From Candidatus Hydrogenedentota bacterium (GTDB lineage Bacteria > Hydrogenedentota > Hydrogenedentia > Hydrogenedentales > GCA-2746185), in the NCBI GenBank assembly GCA_046583315.1, contig JAYGCN010000188.1, forward strand, positions 1 to 16,419: a DNA stretch of 16,419 nucleotides, in the 5' to 3' direction. The notes below the pieces were generated by a model, which was not told the origin of the DNA, made no database searches, and saw nothing but the letters and a program-made list of their open reading frames with translations. Made by a program: the position numbers and the translations under genes. Position 1 is the stretch's first letter, and each line of letters starts with the position of its first letter. Below, piece after piece: positions 6,802 through 14,325 of the stretch.

Positions 6802-7528
6802 GGTTCGCCTCGACAGTCTCGTGCAGCAGCGTATTGATTGTTCCCCTTCGAAAGCCACGGGCTTGGTGCAGACGGGAAAAGTAAGGGCCCTTGATGGCAC
6901 GCCGCTGACGAAGCCCGGCGAGCAAGTCGAAGAAGATCTTGAGATCACCATCGACGAGGGTCCGAAGTATGTCAGCCGCGGCGGACTCAAACTGGAAGCG
7001 GCCCTGGAACATTTCCCCATTGTCATCGCGGACCATGTGGTTATCGATATCGGCGCATCTACGGGTGGATTCACCGATTGCCTGTTGAAAAATGGCGCGT
7101 TAAAAGTCCACGCCGTTGATGTGGGTTATGGACAACTCGACTGGTCGCTTCGCCAGGATGATCGCGTGGTGGTTCACGAGCGCACGAATATTCGCAATCT
7201 CACCGCCGAAGAATTGGGTGACTCCCCCACACGCTTCGTTGCTGACTGCTCTTTCATTTCGTTGCGACTCGTGCTCAAAGCCGCCGCGCCGCTATTGGCC
7301 CCAAATGCGGAAGGAGTCGCACTCATCAAACCTCAATTCGAGGCAGAACGCAATCAGGTCGGTGAAGGCGGCGTCATACGAGATTCAGCCATACACGAAG
7401 CGGTCATCGAAAAATTCTGCAACGAAGCGCGGGCTCTGGGCTTTAAGCCACATGATGTGATACCCTCACCCATTACAGGGCCTGCCGGAAACAAGGAATT
7501 TCTGGCCTACCTGACGCGGGGGGATTAG
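6794..7528 (+). CDS. tlyA: TlyA-family rRNA (cytidine-2'-O)-methyltransferase
   Basis: N-terminal S4-like domain (RLD..KPG), YVSRGGLKL, DIGASTGGFTDCL, DVGYGQL, DCSFISL, IKPQFE and GNKEFL; the K-D-K-E tetrad is intact. Confidence 0.95.
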   Translation: MTKVRLDSLVQQRIDCSPSKATGLVQTGKVRALDGTPLTKPGEQVEEDLEITIDEGPKYVSRGGLKLEAALEHFPIVIADHVVIDIGASTGGFTDCLLKNGALKVHAVDVGYGQLDWSLRQDDRVVVHERTNIRNLTAEELGDSPTRFVADCSFISLRLVLKAAAPLLAPNAEGVALIKPQFEAERNQVGEGGVIRDSAIHEAVIEKFCNEARALGFKPHDVIPSPITGPAGNKEFLAYLTRGD

Positions 7529-7534
7529 CCGTTC

Positions 7535-9205
7535 ATGTTGCAGACGTTACGCATTCAGAATTACGCGTTAATCGACGATGTCGAGGTCAACTTTACCTCA
7601 GGCTTCAACGTGCTTACCGGCGAGACCGGTGCGGGGAAGTCCATTATCATTCACGCGCTCAATCTCATCCTCGGCGCACGTGCCTCCAGCGACGCGGTCC
7701 GCTCAGGAAACAAACAGGCAAAAATCGACGCGATTTTTCATTTACCAACGCCGTCTCCCGAATTGGCATCGCTGCTCGAAGAACAAGCCATTGTGCTGGA
7801 CGATGACGAACTCCACATCACACGAATCGTTTCCGCCGAGGGACGCAGTCGCGCCTATGCGGGCGGCACGTTGATTCCTGTTGGAATTCTGGATGCGATT
7901 GGCCAAGAACTGGTCGATCTTCATGGTCAACACGAGCATCAATCCCTCGTCCATCCCGATAAACAACGGGATTTACTCGATGCCTATTCCGGCACGCTGT
8001 GCCAACGCGACGCGCTGGCACAGGCAGTCGAAAAATGGCGCGCCTTAGAGCATGAAATCCAATCCCTCGAATCGACTGATCGCGAACAAACGCGTCACCT
8101 GGAATTCCTCAAGTTTGAAGTAGAAGAGATCGACAATGCCGAAGTGGCTCCTGACGAAGAGAAAGATCTGGAATCACGACGCAATCGCATCACAAATGCG
8201 GAGGTCATCTATCAGTCGACGGCGCAACTCACCCAATGGTTGAGCGAATCTGAGGGGTCTCCCCCGGCTGCCGATCTGCTGGGAATGGCGAGTCGTGAAC
8301 TGGAGCATCTTGCATCGCTGGATGCGCAATACACGCCTCTACTCGACTCCATTGAGGGCCTGCGCGAGCAATTGCTGGCCCAAGTCGATGAGATACAGGG
8401 CCTGGCGCAAGGCGTGGAGTATGACCCGGAAGAATTGGAACGCATCAATACGCGCCTGAACCTTCTACGCGAGCTGAAACGCAAATATGGTGATACTCTC
8501 GATGCGGTTTTGGCCTATGCGGAAGAGGCTCGAGAAAAGATAGCAGCCTACGAGAATCGGGATACGCGCCTGGCAGAACTTCGACAGCAGGAACAGGACC
8601 TGTATCAAAGCGCGCTGTCCCTCGCTCAGAAACTCTCAAAATCGCGCAAGGCTAAGGCCAAAAAACTCGGGCTGGCGATTTCGTCAATCGTTCAGGAATT
8701 GGGGATGTCCGGTGCCGAATTTCAGATAGAATTCGGCGAAATTCCCCTCTGCGCGTCAGGTATTGATGCAGTCGAATTTCTACTCGCGGCAAATCCGGGT
8801 GAGCCCGCGAAAGGGTTGCGGCAGGTTGCCTCGGGCGGTGAAGTTTCCCGCATCATGCTCGCCATCAAATCCGTATTTGCCGAAAGCGACGCCATCCCGA
8901 CCATGATCTTTGACGAAATCGACACGGGAGTCGGCGGTGCAATCGCCAACCACATCGGCACGCGTCTCAAAATGCTTGCCGCCGATCATCAGACGATTTG
9001 CATTACGCATTTGCCCCAGATCGCTGCAGCCGCCGATACCCATTATCAGGTTGCGAAATCGACCACAGGAAAAACGACGACCACGACCATCCTGCAGATG
9101 AATGCGAAAGAGCGCGTCGAAGAAGTGGCGCGACTATTGGATGGGGATATTACGGCACTGAGCATGGACCACGCGGAAGCGCTTCTTAAAGAACTGGCGA
9201 GCTGA
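7535..9205 (+). CDS. recN: DNA repair protein RecN
   Basis: Walker A GETGAGKS, DLHGQHEHQSL, coiled coil, signature ASGGE, Walker B IFDEID, H-loop ITHLPQIAA. Confidence 0.97.
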   Translation: MLQTLRIQNYALIDDVEVNFTSGFNVLTGETGAGKSIIIHALNLILGARASSDAVRSGNKQAKIDAIFHLPTPSPELASLLEEQAIVLDDDELHITRIVSAEGRSRAYAGGTLIPVGILDAIGQELVDLHGQHEHQSLVHPDKQRDLLDAYSGTLCQRDALAQAVEKWRALEHEIQSLESTDREQTRHLEFLKFEVEEIDNAEVAPDEEKDLESRRNRITNAEVIYQSTAQLTQWLSESEGSPPAADLLGMASRELEHLASLDAQYTPLLDSIEGLREQLLAQVDEIQGLAQGVEYDPEELERINTRLNLLRELKRKYGDTLDAVLAYAEEAREKIAAYENRDTRLAELRQQEQDLYQSALSLAQKLSKSRKAKAKKLGLAISSIVQELGMSGAEFQIEFGEIPLCASGIDAVEFLLAANPGEPAKGLRQVASGGEVSRIMLAIKSVFAESDAIPTMIFDEIDTGVGGAIANHIGTRLKMLAADHQTICITHLPQIAAAADTHYQVAKSTTGKTTTTTILQMNAKERVEEVARLLDGDITALSMDHAEALLKELAS

Positions 9206-9215
9206 GCGAAGAATT

Positions 9216-9821
9216 CTAGGCGCGTAACGCGGCTATCAGATCCGCTTCCGCCTCGGCCAGTTCGACCAAGTCGTGGGACAACAAATCGGACAGCTCAGGA
9301 AAACTCGACGCTTCCATGAACCCGCGCGCTTTCTTGAGCATGGCGTCCAGTTTCAGGTTGTGTGCAGAAGCGTTTGAGCCTCGAAACACGAGTTCCTCAA
9401 GAGATAATTCAAGCGATGATGCGGCCTGCGCTTGGCGCTCCTTGAGCACCTCCCAAATTTCCAGGAACTGATTGAATTGCGCAAAACACGATGCCGGATC
9501 GTCGCTCACCAATACCTGCGCCAACTCGTGACAGGCTGTGGGCAACTCGGGAATTACCTCTGCGATTTCATCTAGGGATTCGACCACAAGTTCTTTTATA
9601 GAAACGGTTTGCAACTCGAGCGAATCGATTTCCGAGACCGGTCGGGAACCCAACTCAACGGTCAGTGCTTCCGGAGCGACGTTCTCAGCATTGATGATGA
9701 TCGTCTGAATGGCGCGCCCTTTCGCCTGAACCAGTTCTGTGACTTCGGCGAGTGCACCGGCCAGCGTGGACGGGTTCGAAATCAGCCCGAGACCCTCTTG
9801 ATCATCCAGTCGAATACGCAT
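9216..9821 (-). CDS. Hypothetical acidic protein (beta-rich N-terminus, helical C-terminus); third gene of the fliW-csrA operon
   Basis: 201-aa ORF filling the gap between csrA and recN; starts 5 nt after the csrA stop; C-terminal ELSDLLSHDL helix. Confidence 0.8.
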   Translation of the reverse strand: MRIRLDDQEGLGLISNPSTLAGALAEVTELVQAKGRAIQTIIINAENVAPEALTVELGSRPVSEIDSLELQTVSIKELVVESLDEIAEVIPELPTACHELAQVLVSDDPASCFAQFNQFLEIWEVLKERQAQAASSLELSLEELVFRGSNASAHNLKLDAMLKKARGFMEASSFPELSDLLSHDLVELAEAEADLIAALRA

Positions 9822-9826
9822 GCTGG

Positions 9827-10048
9827 CTACCCCGGAATTATTTTCGAGATGTCGGGTAGCTCAGTGGGTGCAGCCGCTTCCTGATTCTCCGCCTGGATGG
9901 CCAGATACACCTCACGTCGATGCACGGCGATGTCCCGAGGTGCGGCGATCCCTATCTTGACCTGGTTGTCCTTGATATCGAGAATTTTCACCTCAATGTC
10001 GTCGCCGATCATAATGCTTTCATCTTCTCTACGCGTTAGGACGAGCAT
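9827..10048 (-). CDS. csrA: Carbon storage regulator CsrA (FliW-regulated type)
   Basis: [37 protein letters not shown] with R44, N55 and a C-terminal extension. SD GGAGGAGGT lies within the fliW 3' end. Confidence 0.97.
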   Translation of the reverse strand: MLVLTRREDESIMIGDDIEVKILDIKDNQVKIGIAAPRDIAVHRREVYLAIQAENQEAAAPTELPDISKIIPG

Positions 10049-10493
10049 TGTCTACCTCCTCCTGCGACTGTGACTGGGCCAACAGGTATTGCACCAGATA
10101 ACTGCTCTTATCCAGGATGGTTTGTTTCGCGAGACGTTGTTTGGGATTGATCACTATCGGAGCCTTCAGGTTCGTGCGTGTCTTGGAGGCGTCCTGTGGG
10201 ACCACCACCAGCGTATACACATCCAACTCTTCCACGGTGGTCACCGCCATCTCCGAGAGTTCATGGGCACCGAGCTTGATGGTGTAATCCGGTACGACAT
10301 TCCGTGGATCCATGAGGATAAATGCCAAATCGCCCGAATCGATCGATTGCAGCCACTGCACGTTACTCTCTGGTGGGCCGTCGAGTAGCAAGTAGCGCCG
10401 AAATTCCTGAAATCCTATGATCGGTTGCGTAAACGTAATGACCGCTTGGTCATCCACTTCAATCACACCAAATCGTTTGGTATCCAACTCCAT
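10029..10493 (-). CDS. fliW: Flagellar assembly factor FliW
   Basis: Motifs [20 protein letters not shown]...[24 protein letters not shown]. Start moved to ATG at 10493 because GGAGAGG precedes it. Overlaps the csrA start. Confidence 0.95.
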   Translation of the reverse strand: MELDTKRFGVIEVDDQAVITFTQPIIGFQEFRRYLLLDGPPESNVQWLQSIDSGDLAFILMDPRNVVPDYTIKLGAHELSEMAVTTVEELDVYTLVVVPQDASKTRTNLKAPIVINPKQRLAKQTILDKSSYLVQYLLAQSQSQEEVDNARPNA

Positions 10494-10537
10494 GCACAAC
10501 CTCTCCATTTGCCCGCCAATGCGCCTTCTACAATCTC

Positions 10538-10566
10538 AGTATGCCCAAAAGAATCGGCCCACTCAA
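10538..10566 (-). promoter_or_regulatory. Possible sigma70 promoter for fliW-csrA
   Basis: Minus strand TTGAGT (10566-10561), 17 bp, CATACT (10543-10538). Confidence 0.35.
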
Positions 10567-10602
10567 GAAAAAAATGGATTCGGCCAATTCTGGCGTTCTA
10601 CA

Positions 10603-10632
10603 TTGAGCACGCTGGCGTAAGTACGATACAAT
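10603..10632 (+). promoter_or_regulatory. Possible sigma70 promoter for lutC-lutB
   Basis: TTGAGC (10603-10608), 18 bp, TACAAT (10627-10632). Confidence 0.4.
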
Positions 10633-10677
10633 GCCGTCTGATCACCGACCCCCCACTCAACCCTGAAGGATTATTCC

Positions 10678-11247
10678 TTGTTAGAAACCTATCAAGCCCA
10701 TCTGGAGTCTTTGCGCGGGCATTATCATCGGGCTTCGAGCCTGGATCGCGCGGCCGACATCGTTATTTCCATCATTCGCGAGCTGGACGCGAAATGCGTC
10801 GCCACGGCGAATCTTCCTGAATCATTTCAGGCCCTGGTCGAACAGCGCTGTAGCGATTACAACGTCGAAGTGCTCGCCCAGCCCTACAAAAACGACCCGC
10901 CACTCGCCAATGAAATCGACCGTGCTGCGGTCGGCATTACCAGCGCGGACTTTGCCATTGCGCAAACGTCGACACTGGTTGAGATTTCCACGAACGACGA
11001 CGTGCGACTGGTCTCGTCACTGCCCCGCACGCACATCGGCATCGTATATGAAGATGCTTTTGTCGATTCGCTCGAAGATGCCTCCCCCATGCTAAGAAAA
11101 TACTTCGCGGAAAGTCCCGAAAACTGCGTGGCCAGCTTCATATCCGGTCCCAGCCGCACCGGAGACATCGAACTGCGGCTCACGCTCGGCGTGCACGGTC
11201 CCGAAATCGTGCATACCATCGTCATCCCCCGGGAGGACGTTTCATGA
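10678..11247 (+). CDS. lutC: LUD-domain protein, LutC/YkgG family
   Basis: Motifs VGITSADFAIAQTSTLV, RLVSSLPRTHI and FISGPSRTGDIELRLTLGVHGP. TTG start with SD AAGGA. Confidence 0.9.
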   Translation: MLETYQAHLESLRGHYHRASSLDRAADIVISIIRELDAKCVATANLPESFQALVEQRCSDYNVEVLAQPYKNDPPLANEIDRAAVGITSADFAIAQTSTLVEISTNDDVRLVSSLPRTHIGIVYEDAFVDSLEDASPMLRKYFAESPENCVASFISGPSRTGDIELRLTLGVHGPEIVHTIVIPREDVS

Positions 11248-13367
11248 GCAAGGATCGCTATTCCACCTTGAATACGGCCATCACGGAAGCCATCACGGAG
11301 CCTCAAAAAGGGGACTTCCTTAATGTTGCGATGACCCGCGGGCGTAAACAGCGCCAAGATACACTGGACAAGATGCCGCACGGCGATGCGTTTCGCAAGG
11401 AAGTCAAGAAAGTGAAAGACGATTGCCGCGAGCGATCGCCGGAACTTTTGAAACGATTCATCGAAAACGCGGAGAAACGCGGCACCAAAGTGATGATCGC
11501 CAAGGACGGCGCCGAAGCCATCGCGCACACGCTCAAGATTGCTTCCGACTGCAACGCGAAGACCATTTCCAAATCAAAATCGCTCACCACCGAAGAAATT
11601 GAGATCAATCATCCGCTCGAAGAAGCGGGCATTCGTGTGGTGGAGACGGATTTAGGTGAACTCATCATTCAGCTTGTGGATGAGAAGCCCTACCACCTCG
11701 TATTCCCTTCCGTGCACAAATCGGCAACAGAAGTAGCCGAAATTTTCTCGAAAGAAATCGGCAAACCTGTATCCAACGACATCGATGAGATCATGGGTGT
11801 TGTGCGAAAATATTTGAGACCCATTTTCCTGAATACGGATATTGGCATGACCGGCGCGAATGTGGGGATCGCCGAGACGGGCGGTATCGTCATCGAGACG
11901 AACGAAGGCAATGCGCGCCTCGTATCCAGTATTGCCGACATCCATATTTGCGTCATCGGCATCGAAAAAATCGTCGAGACCGTCGAAGATGCCATGCTGA
12001 TGGTTCTGGCCCACCCGGTCAGTGCCACGGGCCAATGCCCCACCACTTATGTCACCTGGATGCACGGTCGCAATCCGATGGGCGACGGCGATGAGAATTC
12101 ACGCGTGTCGCACATGATTATTCTCGACAACGGGCGCACGGAAATGCGTGACGACCCCGTTATGGCCGAGGCGCTCAATTGCATCCGTTGCGGCGCGTGC
12201 ATGAATATATGTCCCACCTACGGTGTCGTGGGCGGCCACACCTTTGGCCACATTTATCCCGGCCCCATTGGCATCCCGTGGACCTCGGCGGTGCATGGAC
12301 TCGAACACGCGGGCGATTTCGCACCCCTGTGTCTGTCCTGCGGTCTTTGCAAGGAGATCTGTCCAGCGCAAATCGACATGCCCAACATGATAGCCGAAGT
12401 CAAACACCGCGACCACGCGAATAACCCGGTACCCAAGGTTGATCAGGCCATGATGGATGCGGATCGTTACGCGCATCTCGGTAGCACCTTTGCGCCGATG
12501 TCGAATTGGGCACTCTCCAACCCCCTCTTCCGCATTGGCCTGGAGAAAGTGATAGGCGTCGACAAAAGACGTGCGCTACCCAAGTTCGCGCGCAACACGT
12601 TAAAGAAACAATTTGCGAAACGTCCGGAGAAACAGAATTTGTATCCCAAGAAAAAGGCCGTATTTTTCCACGACATCTTTTTCAACAACAACGCTCCCGA
12701 ACTGGGCATGCAGGCCGTCGAACTGCTGGAGGCGGCGGGTTGCGAAGTGGTGTTGCCCGATCAGGAACCCAGCGGCTACCCCTATATCGCATATGGCGAT
12801 ATGGATGCCGCTCGTGCGACAGCGATAAAGAATCTGGGCCATCTTCTACCCTGGATTGAAAAAGGCTACGACATCGTCGCTGCTGAACCGACCGCCGTCT
12901 ATACCTTGCGCAAATCCTACCCCTATCTTCATCAGTCGAATGCGAATATGGTACGATTGGCAGAACATACCTTTGAATTATTCGAATATCTGCTACAAGT
13001 CCAGGAAAATTTCGACACTTCTTTACTCGCTGGAAAACGCTTCGGATTCCATTGCTCCTGCCATCAACGCCCCATCGGCAGCGGGAAAGCCGGTGTTGAT
13101 TGGCTGGAAAAGCAGGGTGCCGAAATTGAGCGTATTGAGACGGGCACCTGCTGCGGCATGGGCGGCACCTTTGGCCTCAAATGTGGCCCGCTGGGATACG
13201 ATCTTTCCATGGGTGTTGGCAAACCTTTGTTCAAACTCTTCAACGAGGCTGAAATTGATGCCATCGTCACGGAGAGCAGCGTTTGCTCCATCCAGCTGAC
13301 CGAAGGCACCAAACATCCGGTTTATCACCCGCTCGAAATCCTCGAAAAATACAAGGCTTCTAAATAG
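11244..13367 (+). CDS. lutB: LutB/YkgF-type LUD + 2[4Fe-4S] protein fused to C-terminal CCG (LutA/GlpC-like) domains
   Basis: Motifs KSKSLTTEEI, VETDLGELIIQL, GMTGAN..AETG..TNEGNAR, ILDNGR, CIRCGACMNICP, YPGPIG and CLSCGLCKEICP. C-terminal HCSCHQ, TCCGMGGTFG and VCSIQL. ATGA overlap with lutC. Confidence 0.88.
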   Translation: MSKDRYSTLNTAITEAITEPQKGDFLNVAMTRGRKQRQDTLDKMPHGDAFRKEVKKVKDDCRERSPELLKRFIENAEKRGTKVMIAKDGAEAIAHTLKIASDCNAKTISKSKSLTTEEIEINHPLEEAGIRVVETDLGELIIQLVDEKPYHLVFPSVHKSATEVAEIFSKEIGKPVSNDIDEIMGVVRKYLRPIFLNTDIGMTGANVGIAETGGIVIETNEGNARLVSSIADIHICVIGIEKIVETVEDAMLMVLAHPVSATGQCPTTYVTWMHGRNPMGDGDENSRVSHMIILDNGRTEMRDDPVMAEALNCIRCGACMNICPTYGVVGGHTFGHIYPGPIGIPWTSAVHGLEHAGDFAPLCLSCGLCKEICPAQIDMPNMIAEVKHRDHANNPVPKVDQAMMDADRYAHLGSTFAPMSNWALSNPLFRIGLEKVIGVDKRRALPKFARNTLKKQFAKRPEKQNLYPKKKAVFFHDIFFNNNAPELGMQAVELLEAAGCEVVLPDQEPSGYPYIAYGDMDAARATAIKNLGHLLPWIEKGYDIVAAEPTAVYTLRKSYPYLHQSNANMVRLAEHTFELFEYLLQVQENFDTSLLAGKRFGFHCSCHQRPIGSGKAGVDWLEKQGAEIERIETGTCCGMGGTFGLKCGPLGYDLSMGVGKPLFKLFNEAEIDAIVTESSVCSIQLTEGTKHPVYHPLEILEKYKASK

Positions 13368-13370
13368 ACG

Positions 13371-13400
13371 TAGCCAAAAAAAGCGCTCATGTGATATACT
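13371..13400 (+). promoter_or_regulatory. Probable extended -10 promoter for apaG
   Basis: TAGCCA (13371-13376), 18 bp, TATACT (13395-13400) preceded by TG at 13392-13393. SD AAGGAGG at 13413-13419. Confidence 0.5.
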
Positions 13401-13427
13401 AGACATAGGGGCAAGGAGGCGCGCATT

Positions 13428-13832
13428 ATGAACGAATTGGCTGAGACGTGTTCAGATATCATTACGGACAACATTCGTGTGCGTACCGAGAGTTTCTATA
13501 TTGCCAAACGCTCTGACTCGGCCAAGAGCCTCTACTTCTTCAGCTACCGCATCACAATCACCAACGAGAGCGACGAACCCGTTCAACTCATCAGCCGTCA
13601 CTGGTACATCTCCGATATTCTCGGTCACGAAGAACAGGTTCAGGGCGAAGGCGTGGTCGGTGAGCAACCCCGCTTGGTTCCCTCCGAATCATTCGAGTAC
13701 ACAAGTTTCTGCCCCCTGCCCACCTATCGCGGCACCATGCACGGGACCTACACCATGCGACGAGATGATGGCTCGCAATTCAACATCGCTGTGGGGCCGT
13801 TTCAGCTGTTCATGCGGCAAGTCCTGAATTAG
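13428..13832 (+). CDS. apaG: ApaG (DUF525) protein
   Basis: Motifs YFFSYRITITN, VQLISRHWYI, VQGEGVVGEQP, FEYTSFCPLPT and GTMHGTY. Confidence 0.95.
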   Translation: MNELAETCSDIITDNIRVRTESFYIAKRSDSAKSLYFFSYRITITNESDEPVQLISRHWYISDILGHEEQVQGEGVVGEQPRLVPSESFEYTSFCPLPTYRGTMHGTYTMRRDDGSQFNIAVGPFQLFMRQVLN

Positions 13833-13872
13833 TCCGTTGTCACCCTGCTCCCCATTTGCGGTATACTACGTA

Positions 13873-13898
13873 CAGAATAACGACTTGCAGAATAACGA
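13873..13898. repeat. Perfect 11-bp direct repeat CAGAATAACGA x2 just downstream of a TATACT -10 box
   Basis: Copies at 13873-13883 and 13888-13898 (period 15); TATACT at 13862-13867. Confidence 0.6.
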
Positions 13899-13916
13899 GT
13901 CACCCAGGAATCAGCC

Positions 13917-14213
13917 ATGCCCGTATACACTTACGAGATTATCAACGAAGACGGAAGCGATGGGGAATGCTTCGATGTCATCCGAAAAATGTCCGATTCC
14001 CCGCTCGAAACCCATCCCGATACCGGCGAAAAGGTGAAACGTATTTACACGATGCCGCATATCGCCGGAATCACGAACGCTGTGCACACAAAGAATCGAC
14101 TCTCCGATACGAACCTGGAGAAGCAAGGATTCACCACGTATCGCAAGAACGGGAAAGGTCACTACGAACGCACGACAGGATCGGCTGGACCGGAGCATAT
14201 CTCCCCCGATTAA
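13917..14213 (+). CDS. FmdB-family zinc-ribbon-like protein lacking the zinc-ligand cysteines
   Basis: MPVYTY...FDVIRKMSDSPLETHPDTGEKVKRI follows the MPxYxYxC..C..F....MSD.PL..CP.CG..R pattern with both CxxC pairs absent. SD AGGA. Confidence 0.8.
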   Translation: MPVYTYEIINEDGSDGECFDVIRKMSDSPLETHPDTGEKVKRIYTMPHIAGITNAVHTKNRLSDTNLEKQGFTTYRKNGKGHYERTTGSAGPEHISPD

Positions 14214-14240
14214 AAAAACTGCGCTGACACGTAGACCCCA

Positions 14241-14269
14241 TTCCATTTCATGAACATTCGTGTTACACT
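14241..14269 (+). promoter_or_regulatory. Possible extended -10 promoter for the kinase-like gene
   Basis: TTCCAT (14241-14246), 17 bp, TACACT (14264-14269) preceded by TG at 14261-14262. Confidence 0.4.
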
Positions 14270-14325
14270 ACACACCAATGGGGGAACATGCTCAGGGGGA
14301 GCATAACGACCGGGAATGAATTGAC

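Noticed and set aside
10494..10508. Upstream ATG for fliW (MERLC extension)
   Set aside because: This stretch contains the SD (GGAGAGG) for the ATG at 10493, and FliW homology starts at MELDTKRFG.
10551..10577. Sigma28-like -10 (GCCGATTC, minus strand) upstream of fliW
   Set aside because: No TAAA -35 at about 15-bp spacing (the sequence there is CCAT).
10884..11528. 214-aa minus-strand ORF and other long antisense ORFs (e.g. 2418-3149, 6571-7074)
   Set aside because: Shadow ORFs opposite well-supported genes, with no motifs of their own.
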